Shown: positions 12,601-25,240 of the stretch, piece by piece | Position numbering within the stretch: position 1 is the stretch's first letter | Layout: each line of letters opens with the position of its first letter | Source of the DNA: Mesotaenium endlicherianum | Lineage: Eukaryota | Reading direction: 5' to 3' | Assembly (NCBI GenBank): GCA_009602735.1 | Contig: WELA01000805.1 | Span: 218,879 to 282,878 of the forward strand | Length of the DNA: 64,000 bases | Translations under genes and position numbers: made by a program | Notes under the pieces: model-generated | What the model was told of the DNA's origin: nothing | Seen by the model: the letters and a program-made list of their open reading frames with translations, nothing else | The model's database searches: none

Positions 12601-15600
12601 GGGAGCTGGACCACTCGTTGCTTGGAGGCTCTCCGCTTTGGTTCTAGGCATGGCATGCATGCCTGCTTGTAAGCACATGGCCTGCCAAGTGGCATGGATG
12701 CAGGCATGTGCACGTGTGGCGCACCGGGTGGCCTGCTTGTGGTCAACGGCCCGCTTGTCTTACACTTTCCAGAGGCCGGGAGAGGCTTCAAGGAGCAGAT
12801 GGAAGGAGGGGGAGGAAAGGGAGGCCCAAGGGAGGGTGGGCGGGGGGGACAAAGGGGAGGGAAGGTTGTACTGTTGTTTTTGTGGCCCCCGTCCCTTATC
12901 GATTAATGCCTTGTTCTTGGAACAAAGAGAAAGCATCCTGGCAAATGGCAACTAGCCACGCATGTGTACGCAGCACCACAAATGTGGTCACAGAGACGTA
13001 TGCATGGGCCAACTAAACGTATGTATGCCTAGCACGTCCACTTGCTTACTAATCCACGTCTGTCCCTCGCTTGCTCTTTCTCTATAAAGCAAATACCCTG
13101 TGTAATTGTACGTTTCTACATGTGTTCGTCATTTTTTTTTAGTCAAACATTCGTCATAAAATAATGTACGCCCCTTATGCCTGTCCTTTAGCTGGCAAAT
13201 AGAGCTTGGAAGATAATCTCACTATGGATCTTGCATGTGCAGCCGAACTTATCGGGAGAGAGGTAGTGCTGTGCGCCAGCGTGAGCGTCAATACTTGCAA
13301 GACAGATGGACCGGCAGAGAGGCAGGAAAAGAGTTGGAAGTAGACACTGAGGCTTAGAGAAAGGAAGAGAGAGGTGATTGCAAGACTCACTCCATGGCAG
13401 TCTGACACTGTAATCTTCTCCACGTGCCCATCTTTCCGGGTCCAGGTCAGCCGATCAAAAGGTCACATTCTGAGAGGGCTGTGCGTTAGGAGCGCCGGCT
13501 CCATTCTTGCCCGGCACCGTAGTTGCCGCAAGGCTGATGCCGGCTCCTGTGGGCGGTCGTGCTGCTCTCCCTGTTGATTGTCTGCCAGGTGAAAGAGGTG
13601 GGGGCCCAGTGCCAGGAGCTGCAGCTGGCAGCTGCTGCCGCGCGCCAGGAGCTGCTCTCTCAGGAGGCCTTACACCTGGCGGGCTGCGAGCGGCTCAAGG
13701 AAATGATCGCAGCTGCGGAGCGGGAGAAGAGCTCTCTGCAGGTGCTCTTCTCTGCACATCTTCCATTTTGAGCTTGCCCCCTCCTCCCCTCCCCTCCCGC
13801 CCCCCCCCCGGGGCGCCGACGTGAGAACAATATGGGAGCAGAAACCCATCCAGGAGCATGAAGGCCTTAGAGGTCATGCTCGCAAGAAGCAGGCACTCAC
13901 AAACAAGATTCTCCGTGAAGACTCACGCACCCGTCTCAGAGCATGTCCAGGGGGCCCTCGCAGATAGATGCCCACATGAGGGGTGTATTCTGCAGGTTGT
14001 TCATGTCCAAGGTTAATAAAAAAAATTCTGCTAAGTGCTCCCTCCTGCTCTGGTGCAATTGCGCCCTGAAGCAAGAATCCCCCCTGGCCAGCTCGCCAGT
14101 TCTCAGTGGAGCTCAAGGCTCTCTCATCTTGCGTCCAGCTATAGCTTTATGACCCCGATTGCTCCATCTTCTGAGCAAGTGCGGCGCCCCTCGCCAAGAC
14201 TCTGAGCCAGCTAGTTGCACGTGGTGCCGGCAGGTGGCAGCGGTGGAGGCCTCAGCCAGATCTGCGGATGACGCGGCGAGCATGCGGACGCAGCTTGCCA
14301 ACCTCGAGGGACAGCTGGCGTCGTCTGAGAAGAGGCTCCAGCAGCTCTCGGAGACAAAGCGGAGCATCGGCAGCTCCTCTTCTGCTGCTGCGCCCCCCCC
14401 ACCCCTGCCCCTTAGCAGCGGCCCTGTCGGCAGACACTTGTCGCGAAAAGATGGCAGCGCGCTTGCTGAGCTGGGCCTGGATGCGCTCGGGCGCATTGGA
14501 TCGTCTGCATCGGCAGCCTCGGCAGGCGGAGACGTCGAGGTCCGCACTTCTGCTGAGCCTGGCCAAATGGACATCTGCTCTCTCTGTCTCTCTCTCTCTC
14601 TATCTCTATCTGTGTGTGTGTGTGTGTTTGTGTGTGTCCGCGGCGGTTTTGCTCCAAGTCCAAGAGAGACTAAAGCTTTTCCTAAAGCCTCCTGCGCCTA
14701 TCCCCTCTCTGTACTCCTTTCAAGCCTGGTGCCTGGTCTCGACTCTTCATCAACAAGCCTGAGCTCTTTTGCTGCCACACACGTTCTCTCCTCTGGTCAG
14801 CAGCTGCTTGGCACTTTTGCTTGTGCTTGGGTCATTGGTGGTTTGGTAATTGCGAGCGGTCACCTGTCTTTGTGCACACGCCACTTATCCCAATTCCAAT
14901 TTCGTACGTAGTTTCAATATCTTTTTTCTTGTCCCCCTTTCAACCTTGCCCGTGCCCTCAGGTCCAGCCTACACCCTCTTGAAAGAAGCCGACTCAATCA
15001 ACCATCTATCGCAATCTGCCGCTGTTGCCGTCCCCCCTGCTCCTGACATCTGTTTGGCTCCTGGATGACACTTATGTACCTTTGCTGCCTCCCGGGAATA
15101 GCTGGCCCTGTCGTATTCATCCCCGGCTTTTGACACCTGCCCCATGCGACGCATTTGTTTGCCGGCCTGCCTGTCTGTCCGTCTGTCTGTTTGTCTGTCC
15201 GTCTGTCTGTCTAACTGTCTGCCTGTCTGTTGCATTTGGAGCGCCTCCACAGGCGGGGAGCGGTGCCGAGTTGTCGACGGAGGCGAGGCGGCGGTCAGGT
15301 GGCAAGCTGCGGGAGGACTCGAAGGCCGCCAGCTGGCTGAAGCGTAGTCCCTTTGAGGATCATGAACGGATCGCCGGCCGGATCTCTCGGCGCTCCTTCT
15401 TAGTGGGCCTCTACATCATGCTGCTGCACATCATGGTGTGTGCCCCTGTGCTCCATCCTCAACGCGCTTTTAATCTCAAGATGCTGCGTTTGCGTCATGG
15501 CACGCCACGCGTGCGTCGTGCCCGCTGTACTGTTTTTGAGCGATCGACAGCATGCCAGGCACACACATCTTTGCCTTTGAAAACAAGACCAGTGCCTTGC

Positions 15601-15793
15601 TCTCTCTCCCTCTCCCCCTCCCTCTTGGACACATGTCAGAACGGCAAGCCAGGGGGTCCGCCTGACGTGGATGTAGGGAGTGCCTTGCGGGTGTGATGCC
15701 GGTGCGCAGGTGATGGTGTCGTTCACGCGCGACTCGCATCCAGCTGCCTGCGACCCCGTCTCCTCCTCTCTGAGCGGGCTTCCGGCTCTGTGA
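3672..15793 (+). CDS. Large coiled-coil protein with C-terminal transmembrane anchor, golgin-84/CASP-like (~1177 aa)
   Basis: Exons with canonical GT-AG junctions: 3672-3911, 4180-5586, 7192-7377, 7982-8056, 9109-9291, 9711-10043, 10766-10861, 11632-11724, 12403-12597, 13589-13741, 14234-14539, 15253-15435, 15710-15793. Acidic disordered N-half, then E/Q/A/R-rich heptads, ending RRSFLVGLYIMLLHIMVMVSFTR and a short tail. Tyr and His within the TM segment are characteristic of golgin-84/CASP/giantin. Extra exons could be hidden in the N gaps. Confidence 0.8.
4960..5070 (+). repeat. Coding (CAGGAG)n-type hexamer repeat encoding QE/QV dipeptides
   Basis: caggagcaggagcaggagcaggagcaggtgcaggtgcaggag within exon 2 of the golgin-like gene. 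Confidence 0.85.
14577..14637. repeat. Intronic compound (CT)n(GT)n microsatellite
   Basis: ctctctctgtctctctctctctctatctctatctgtgtgtgtgtgtgtgtttgtgtgtgt. Similar (TG)n tracts at ~1290-1390 and 24362-24390. Confidence 0.85.
15165..15230. repeat. Intronic (CTGT)n tetranucleotide repeat
   Basis: gcctgcctgtctgtccgtctgtctgtttgtctgtccgtctgtctgtctaactgtctgcctgtctgt. Confidence 0.85.
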
Positions 15794-18280
15794 AGCAGTT
15801 TTCACGTATCCATTTCGGCATCCTGTGGGCCCTCATCTCGAGCGCAATCGAGATCAATGAGTGCTCAAACGCGATGGAGGCCATTCTCTTGTACGATAAC
15901 TTACACAGCTTTCTAGCTGCCCTGCCCGTCGTCAGCCCTTGATGCTTTATCTTCCAATGAAGGAAGCTTCTGGCTCTCGCATATGCTGTCAGCTGCTGGC
16001 ATAGGGCGTGGAGGCCATCAGCCTCACGGAGAGTGCCTCCTGCCTGGCTTTTAGAATAGCTGCTTGCCGTGTCCCGTATTTGAGAGGTGTGTACAGACCT
16101 CTGCTATGAAACATGCCTTGCCTCCTGTCTGCTGTCATTATCAAGCCTATTGGCATTGGCTCATTCAAGTCCCATTAGCGTTCGTATGCGCTATTTTGCT
16201 TTGCATAAAACTAGAAAGTCAAATCCTCCGTTCGGCTTAGGCTTAGAAAGTCAAAGCTACACGAAAACAACACCAAGGTGACCTGTCACCATGGATCTAG
16301 AATGCTCTCTCCCTTAAATGCAGAGAATTTATACCAGTAAGCATGCTGACCTAGCCTCAAGGAATGTCTGTTATCTGCAGGGTCTCAGGTGATTGAATTC
16401 AAATCAATTAGGAACCTTAAAGGTGCAATTTAGAACCTTAAAGGCTAGACCCAGTGATGTCACGTGCATGCGTACTGTTTCTTGCAGTGTCAGGTTGCCT
16501 AGAGCTCAATTCTTGAGTATGCTTCAGCCTTGTTGAAAACACATTCTCATGTATCTTCAGCAATGCAGGCTCTTGCATGCAGATGGCATGTTACTCTATA
16601 ACTAAATATGTCGAGCTTGACAGTTCTGCTCAACGCCATCGTTTGTTTGGCATGCTTGTTTACCTCAACAGACACTTTCTCTGCTCAGTGACAATGTGTA
16701 TACTCCAGCAATATACTCTGTAAAGACCAGAAGAGAAGTTGCTCTCAGACTGATTACGTCTGGCTACAGATGCCGCACGAGCTGTCACGCAACTCCTAAG
16801 CTTTGCCCATCAAAAGTACAGGAAGCTGGGGTCCAAGAAAAAGGCGTGAAGTAAGAAGGATATATTTTGACTGCCAAAAAAGGAAAGGGAGTCCAATCTG
16901 TTGATTCAAAAGATACACATTGTTCGTTGGTGTCACTCAAAAAAAAAAAACAATGTAAGCTTGGACTCAACTGCCAGCCAGGAGTGAACAACTGGTGTGG
17001 CATTTGCAGTAAACAACAAGAACACAGAAGAGCCTGTGCCGCAACTTGCAAGGAGCCCATTTTAGGACGCTACAAATTTTCAGGCTTACATTTGAAGAAC
17101 GTCTCAGAACGTGGATGCATGGAGGGCATGCACACTTATTTAGCAGGAACCAAATAGAGTCTAACTCGTTGCCTCCAACGCGTTAGCAAAAAGAAATATT
17201 GGTGACATCCTCTTGCCATCACCCAACTTGGCAACTGCCACCTGCAACCGATTGCAAACAGCAAAGATAGGAGTAAGAGAACTGGGCTTGTAATAACCTT
17301 GCACCGGGGAGGGGGGCTGAGGGTGGGGGCTTAGAAATGGGGGGAGGACAAGAGAAAAGGGGGTCATAGCTTTGTTAATGACTGACAAATGAATCAAACA
17401 AAAAAGCTCATGCCTTATAAAGAGAGGGAGCGCAAAAGACCCCAGTCTGCTCCAGCAGTAGGCTATGGCCACCAGCCAACTGGAGCAAGGGCGGCAGCAA
17501 GCAGCTCAACCTCCGGTTGAAACATCAAGTCCAACATCACTCACTTCACGCTCGGGATGAAGCTAGCTCCGTTGACCCACGCACAAGGAGTAGATAATGC
17601 ATGGCCCGGCCACGTGCGCCCGCGTGAAGGTGAGTTCACAACGATCAACAGGCGTATGACTTAACACGCTTGTCTTTTGGTCAGTATCACGTGTGCGTTG
17701 TTTCACACTTGCAACTCCCTCTGAGTACTGACATTGGATACAATGACACTCAACAATAGGCATGGGGGAGAGAGCGAGCGAGCCAGTGAGTGCGTCGAAC
17801 CTGCGGCATCCTCGTTTCAGCACAGCTGGCCGGCGGCCCGGCCACCCGTCGGATTCACCCGCCCGCCCACCAGCCCGCCCGCCCGCCCGCAGGGACGCAA
17901 CCGCACAGGTCTCCAATGGGACAGCTGACACGTGGATGGGCGGCAGAGCCGTTGGCCGGGGCCACCGACAGCTGACTGCGTTTCATGACAACCCATGGAG
18001 GCAGCACAGGCAACGCGACAGCCAGAGGTAGAACGGAGCGCACGCATGCATTCACGCGGCGGTCCCAGAGGGGTGGCGAGCGCGCAGCCTTCGCACGCAG
18101 CCGACTCTGGCACGAGGCAAAGGGCGCAATCGCACTTTGGCCCCTAGCAAAAGGGGACGAGCACATTCACACGTGGCGCCCCTGGCGCGAAAGCGAGGAC
18201 GGGTGCGCGTTCACACGCGGTCTCCGCTGGCATGAGGCCGAGGCCGACGCCAAAAGCGAGGCCCAGGGCTGAGGACGCGT

Positions 18281-19300
18281 TCACACGGCGTGGGGGTGGG
18301 TGTCCAGCACGAGGTCGCGGAGGGCCCTCTTGAGCTCGGGCACGCCCTCCTCCAGCACCGCACACACCGGGTACACCCTCAGTGGGCCGCCATCGCTGCT
18401 GCTGCCGCCGCCGTCGCTGCTACCGTCGCGCAGCCACTCCAGGAGCTCCTGCAGGTTGCCGCCCGCGACGTCCTCGTCCATCTTGTTGGCGACGACGAGG
18501 GCGGGGCGCGCGCTCAGGCCTGGCTTGTACTGCTCCAGCTCCGCGCGCAGGCTCGCCAGCTGGCGCCAGGGCGCGGGCGCCCCGCGCGGCGGCGCCATGT
18601 CCAGCACATATGCGAGCGCGCGCGTGCGCTCCACGTGGCGCAGGAATGCGTGCCCCAGGCCCCGGTTCGCGTGCGCCCCCTCGATGAGCCCCGGGATGTC
18701 GGCCACGGTGAAGGCGGACCAGGCGTCGAGGCGCACGCTGCCGATCTGCGGGGCCAGCGTGGTGAAGGCGTAGGAGGCCACGCGCGGGCGCGCGCGAGAG
18801 AGCGCGCCCAGCAGCGTGCTCTTGCCCGCATTGGGTGCTCCTACCAGCCCTACGTCCGCCACCAGCTTCAGCTCCAGCTGCAGAACCGCGCGGCTGCCGG
18901 CGGCCCCGCGCTCGCAGTCCGCGCTCGGCAGCAGCAGAACCGCGCGCCGCTGGTGCTCGTCCTTCCCCCCCGCCGCCCGGCCCCTGGCCTCAGCAGTGGC
19001 GGCAGCGGCGCCGGGTTGCAAAGGTACCTCCTGGCGCCCCATGGCGACGTTCCCCCGCCCTCCCTGGCCCCCGACTGCCACCTGTAGCCGGCTGCCCTCC
19101 TCCGACAGGTCAGCAATCTCGACCCCGCCTCTGCTGCCGCTGCCACCGCCTGCCTGCGTCTCCTCCTCCAGGCCATCATCGTCTGCGCTCTCCCCGTCGC
19201 TGCTGTCTTGCTCCTCGTCGTTCTCGTCCTGCTGGTCCTCGCTGGCCTTCTCCTCCTCCTTTGCAGAGGGCAGGAGCTGCTCTCCCTCCTCCTCCTCCTC

Positions 19301-19333
<33 letters not shown>

Positions 19334-20257
19334 AGATTGAGGGTGAGGGTTTAGGGGAAAAGGATTTGAAGGGTGGGGGTAGGACTGGGGGTGGAGTTGG
19401 AGGCGGGTGTGAGCGTGGGGGTGGGAGTGGGAGTGTAAATGCGGGTGTGCATGGGAGGACAGGTCATCGTCAGCCTCTCCTTCTTCCGATTCCTCTTCTT
19501 CTCCTTCCTCTTCCTCTGCAGAGGAGTCGAGGCGGCCTTCCAGGAGCCTCACCACGGTCCCCACAGGCACCTTGATGACAACGTCTCCGCCCCTCCGGCC
19601 CCCCTGCTTCTTGGTACCCCCGGGGCCCCCATTCCCGCCTTTTACGTGTAGCGGCACGCCCGCCAGGTGGCGCACAGCGAGCGACGCCTCCAGATACACG
19701 TGGCCGCCTGGGGCACCGGCGCCCCCGTCGGGGCGGCCCTTGCGCGACTGCCGGCTCTTCCGCACGCTGGCGCAGCCGTCCCCGCCCCTGCCACCTGTCA
19801 CGTGCACACGGATCTGGTCCACAAACGGGCGGTCCCTGACCTGGTCCTTCCCCTTGCGCTCCCTCCTGCCGTACGCGCCCGGCCCGTCCTCGCCAGCTGG
19901 CGCCAAGCTGCCATAGAATCTACTAAGAGACGCGACCCCATTGGGGGAGCAAGCCCTGCTGGCCCCCAACCCCCTCTCAGGCTCTACCTCAGGGGCATGA
20001 GGGCACCTCCTAGTGCCAGCAGCTGTCAGGGCCCAGGGGACAGGGGCAGGGACAGCAGCAGAGGAGAATGAGGAGAAGGAAGAGGAGGAGGTGCCTGTGA
20101 ATTCTGCAAGCCCCCAAAATGAGGCGCTAGGGGTACTAAGGGGGCGGGAAGGGGAAGCTAGAGCACGTGTTGGCGCCCAGATGGAGCTGCCCGAGAGGAC
20201 CTTCAAGGCTGAGAAACCCCGCTTAAACTTGAAGGAACTCAAGCTTCTCATGCTCAT
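18281..20257 (-). CDS. OBG: Obg/CgtA-family GTPase, probably mitochondrial (OBGM-like), intronless CDS, 658 aa
   Basis: Obg fold (FVDQIRVHVTGGRGGDG...PDGGAGAPGGHV...IKVPVGT...VAVGGQGGRGN), LELKLVADVGLV, G1 GAPNAGKS, G2 YAFTTLAP, G3 DIPG (DIPGLIEGAHANRGLGHAFLRHVER), G4 NKMD. The N-terminus MSMRSLSSFKFKRGFSALKV... is S/R-rich and acid-free like a presequence. No C-terminal OCT domain. First ATG taken at 20257; the ORF track start is a TTG. Confidence 0.95.
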
Positions 20258-21638
20258 CGCAGAGTGAGATGGCACTGGCCAAGACTCAAGCACCCTCAAA
20301 GCGGCTGAAGGTTGGCGGAAGGGTTTATGAGGGTAGAGGATTTATGAGGGTAGAGGGTGTATGAAAGTCGTTCATGTTCTGCTGCTTCCATGCCGCTTTT
20401 GCAGAACTGCAATTGTATGCAAAGAGCCGGCCATCCCTGCCACATGGACAGTCCGACGTGCCCCACGGTATCCGCATTAGTTGGTCGTTGCAAGACTTGG
20501 TGCCGTTTTTGCTAGACCTGCCTGTGATACCTTCAATTGACCGCTTCCGTGAAGTGCCAGAAGCCATGCCCCCGACACGAAATATTCATTGCGAAACGTT
20601 GGTGTGCAGTATCAGTACAGAAGGAGACCCACTGGGCGCTCTTGGTGCATGAGCATTTCACATTCAGTCTTGTTCTTATCTGTCACAAGAGATGTTCAGA
20701 GGATACTACACCAGCCAGCCTTCAATTAGAGAACATATGTTTTTTGATGGGGAGATAGCAACACCTTAAGCCAAATCTTCAGAACTTTGCACTAATCCAC
20801 GTCAGCTGGCCTTCTGCAGCAGCAGTCACGCTGCTAGTTTCACCCCAATTGATGAAGCCAACCTAGTCAAATGTAGCCCTTCATTGTGACAACGTTTCAA
20901 AACAAAATCCATGTGAATGCCCCCCAGCTTGGCATTGACGCCCTCGGAGTTATATCATCTAGATTTCTCTAGAAAAGCACAGCAAGCAACCTGCGGGCAC
21001 GGGAAGTGACAGAAAGTTTCTTCCTTGCAACACAGCCTGCACTCTCGTGGCCTCCGAAGGAAGTGCATGGAGGGCCTCGGCCTCAACTCATAATCACTTA
21101 ACCCAACTCTACAGCTTATTTGTCATTTTCATTCATCATTTTTCACAATAGCTACAGGGGGACCGTAATGACGACGTCATGCGGTCACTTTTCGATTTGT
21201 CGGTTTTGGACAATGGCGCGGCGCAGACTGCACGTTACGGCTCGTGCCGAGCTGACGAAGGGCAATGAAGGGCAAAGCCAAGCAAGACCAAGGTGACGTC
21301 CAAGCAAGACGAGCACCATGCAGTTGATAACAGGACGAGACCCCCGACTTTTGGTCTTAACTAGGACCAATAAATGAGCTCGACTTTTAGTCAAACAAAA
21401 GGAAGTTAGTTTGAACTCAATATAAATTTGTAAGAGGAGGAGTCTCAAGAGGACTGAATGGAGACCAGCAGTCCCAAGAGCTTATGCTAGAGCTGGAGCC
21501 AGAGCAATCTTATGTCTACGAGAGTCATGGAACGTGGCGGCATGTTTAAGAAATTCAGAGAATTTAGGGGAATCAGACGATTAGGTGGCTGCCTCCAGAG
21601 TCATCTCGAAACTTCAGTTTGTGTGTATCTCGGGGAAA

Positions 21639-24600
21639 ATGACGTGGATAGTTTGTGTAGTGCTGCTCTTGGGAGCAGCCTCTTTGATACCCCACCTTGA
21701 AGCTCGTCCAACCCTGAAGTCTTCCGAACGCTCAGGTATATGCCCCTCAATTGACGCGTGGATCGTATATATCATTAAGCTAATGCTATTGTCATGCGTA
21801 TCAGGAACCTGTAAAACCGTGACGCTAGCAGCTGTGCGTCGAGCTCAGCATGTACGTCTCTCAAAAAAACTTCCAGCGAGTGCTACAGCTAGCGGGCACT
21901 TTTCGAGAGTTGCACGTGCTGATGGTCCCTGCACCCTCGTATTAATACGCGCGGCCTGTGTTCCTGCCCGCTTGCGTGCCTTTTCTTGGGTGCATGCGAG
22001 CTCAATCAGCTTATGTGGTGATGCTGGACTCCGCTCCCTCAGTGGTGGAGAAGGCACGGTCGGCACCTTCTCTCTTTCCCAGAGTTGCGGGAGCCAGTCA
22101 CAAGCTCGACTTCCACAGTCCAGCCAGCCTGTCCCACGCTGCTGCGCTGACAAGAGGCCACGTCAGCACGCTGCTCAGGGCTGGCATCATGGCAGAGAGG
22201 ATGATCTACAGGTACGGCAAAAGCTCTAGGAGAGTTCCCCCTCAATCCAGCTCTATATATTTCGCCCGCCTGTAGACATTTTTTTGGAAAGAATTTGCTC
22301 TACGCATATACACGAGCCACGGGGAGCTCTGATCAAAGTAGAGGGCCGTGTTTGCAATTGGCCCGTCCCCACAACGGCGTGAAGCTTCCGACGGGGAAGG
22401 CCTACTCGGCACGGGGCTACTCCCCGAACACCAAGCTGCTGCCTCTCATGTACTCCGCCGACGCCGCCCACGCCGCCCAGAGTGAGGACATTGTACGTCT
22501 GCCGCCGCCTGCCCCCGCCGCCCGCCCTCCTCTGGTTGCTGCGTGCTGTGTGCAGCAAGCGGCAGCAGGGGGGCGTTCCCATGTGCTTCTTTCCTGAGCT
22601 GGGGAGGGGCATGGTGCATGTGAGCTGTGGCTGTGGCTGCAACGGAGGCTGATCTGCGGGTACGTCTGCGTCTGCCTGGCTGGCAGTCCCAGACTTGCAA
22701 CGCCGCTGCACGTCGCACGTCCTGCCGTTTTTTGACAAGCTTCTTGAGCTGCCGCTGCGTGCTCCCGCTCGCGCCGGTGCTGCCATGGCCGCCCGAGAGC
22801 TCTCTCTTGCTGCCTTGCCCCGTAGGCAGCTGCAGCTTGCCTTGCCGCAGATGAGAGCATCTGCTGCTGTTTGGAGCTTTCTTTCCCCACGAGAGGCGGC
22901 CTGGGGCCGCCTGCTGCAACACGCACAGACGAAAGGGAGGTGCCCTAGTTAGTTGGTGTTGTTATTGCGCTCTTGCGCTATGATAAGGGGGCAGGGCGGG
23001 GGGCACTTGGCATCCATCAGCTTACGGCTTCAATCTTTAAAGTACTGGATGCAGCATGGGCCAGTGCCTGTCTTAATGCTGTGAATGTGTGTCGCTGCGG
23101 AAGGCAAAGAATTGCAGCTGAGCTCATCCGGCCTGCAAAGCGATGCTTCTGTTTCTGTCAAATGTCCGGTGTCATTTGAAGACCTAGCAGTGGTGCACCA
23201 GGAATTTGCCCAGAAACTTCTCTGCCCACTCTTGTGGGACCGTTGGATGGCTTGCTGCGAACGTGCCTTTTGCAAGCAACAGGTGCCAAGCTCGTTGGTG
23301 ACCTGCCCCCCCGACGTTCACGTGCATCCTGCTGCTAGCTTGCTGCTCGGGCCTCGCCCTCACCATGCACTCTGTCTCCCCTCTCCTTCCTTTCCCTCCC
23401 CTCCCCTCCCCTCCCCTCCCTTCTTCTCCTCTTCCTCTCCAAATCTGCAGTCCGCCGAGACGTACTTTTGCCTCCTAGGCTCCCTCAACGCCTCGCTGGT
23501 GAAGGGGAAGATCGCCATCTGCTCGCTGGATACCGGCTACGAGCAGAGCGACGAAGCCCGTCGCGCTGGAGGCCTGGGCATCACACTCACCAACCACGAA
23601 GACCTGTTTGACAGAGTCGACACCGAGCCAGGCGCCCTGAGCCTCCCTGCTGCGCGTGTCACATACTCCGACGGGCGGGCCATCATCAAGTACGCCACGA
23701 CTGCCGAGAGGTGCGCTCCTCTCCCCGCCTCCCTCTGGAATCTGCACGACCCGGGGGGGGGGGCTCTCTTCTCTGCTGGCTCTGCAGACTGCCATCTGGA
23801 GTCGCGTGAGATGCCCGGTGCCCAGTGCAACAGCGGGGCCGGGCTGGCACGCAGGCCGGGCGCGGAGGAGGGTTGTACCTTCTTTCTGCCTCATCGCTTG
23901 TTGCCCTGGCCGGGCTCTCGTGGCAAGCTGCGCGGGGCCGCCTCGGCACTCTTCTCTACACTCTTTCCGCTTTCATCTGCACTGCTTTCTGCCGGGGTGT
24001 GCTTACTGCAACGCAAGCACCACGGCACTCGTCGTTATCTCATTCTTTTGGCTTACGAATTACGGCCTCCCTTGCAAGTCTGCTTGCCGAAGCCACCCAC
24101 ATTCTCTGCGTCGTCCTCGGGCCCCTGTCTCCGCTTCTTGGACAAAAGAACCGCCACACGTACGTAGGTGTAGTGTGTGCTTCTGCCCCTACTCTTTATC
24201 CAATCCTCGCCCCCTTTCTACGCCTTCATTTACTTAGTCAATTTCAGCCTGTATTTTTTGTTTTCCCCCTTGACCAGTTTCAGAGTGCAACTCGCAGAAA
24301 TCAGTCCACTAGTAGTGCTGTCCAGCTCTTGGTGGACACTTAGTCATCGTCTCATGCGTGCGTGTGTGTGTGTGTGCGTGCATTTGTGTGCAGTCCTCGA
24401 GCGAGCTTCACCCGCCTGACGGCGAACTTCGGGCTGAGGGCGCTAGCTGTCGCCGACTTCTCCACCCGCAGGCCTGTGAAGAACGACGTGAGCAACGTGT
24501 TCAACTACGTGCTCAAGCCTGACGTGGCGGGGCCAGGTGTCAGCATCTGGGCGGCTTGGACAGGCCACGAGAAGCTGAACGGCCGGCCTCTCACGTCGTC

Positions 24601-25240
24601 CATGGAGTCTGGTACATCCATGGCCGCCGCCCACCTGGCGGGCGTGGCTGCTCTGATCAAGCAGAGGCACCCTGGCTGGAGCACCTTCGCCATCAAGTCA
24701 GCCATGCTGACCACCGCCTCCATGCTGGACAACAAGAAGCTGCCCATCCAAGGCTTCCTCAACCCCGCAACGCCTTTCGACATCGGGTCAAGCCAAATCA
24801 ACCCCGCGAGGGTCTTGGACCCGGGCCTTGTGTACAACTCCTCCACCTCGGAGATGCTCGCGTTCCTCCTGGGGGTGAACAGGGACCTCACGGGGAACTA
24901 CTTCGTCGTCTCTGCTGGCCTGAAGGCGGTCAAGCCGACCGAGCTGAACGTTCCCAACATCGCCGCCCCGGGGCTCAATCGCGCCCTCACTTTCCGGCGG
25001 GTGGTGAAGAGCGTGGCGACACGCAGGTCGACGTATCAAGCTATCGTGATTGCGCCGGCCGGTGCTAGCGTCAAGGTGGTGCCCTCCCGGTTCACCATCA
25101 GCCCTGGGCAGCTGGTCACCTTCAGAGTGGTGCTTACAGCCAGGAGCGCAAATCGATTATGGAGCTTTGGCAGCTTGACGTGGCAGGATGGGACACACTC
25201 CGTGAGGTCTGTGCTGGCAGTGGCACCTGTCGAGCGGTAG
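21639..25240 (+). pseudogene. Subtilisin-like serine protease (S8, plant SBT2-like) with internal deletion; probable pseudogene
   Basis: Signal-peptide exon 21639-21735 (MTWIVCVVLLLGAASLIPHLEA). I9 prodomain first half ~22010-22211 (AYVVMLDSAP...KLDFHS...MIYR). PA-domain exons ~22365-22492 and 23451-23710 (LVKGKIAIC). Last exon 24394-25240 with LKPDVAGPGVSIWAAW, SGTSMAAAHLAGVAALIKQRHPGWS, AIKSAMLTTA, DPGLVY and an Fn3-like tail. No DTG or HGTH motif between 22211 and 22365. Confidence 0.85.

Noticed and set aside
18040..18290. Recurrent TTCACACG/TGGCAYGAGGC motifs downstream of Obg, superficially array-like
   Set aside because: Units are degenerate and irregularly spaced; not a CRISPR array and no cas genes.
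18290..19916. Several long plus-strand ORFs opposite Obg
   Set aside because: Shadow ORFs caused by very high GC content.
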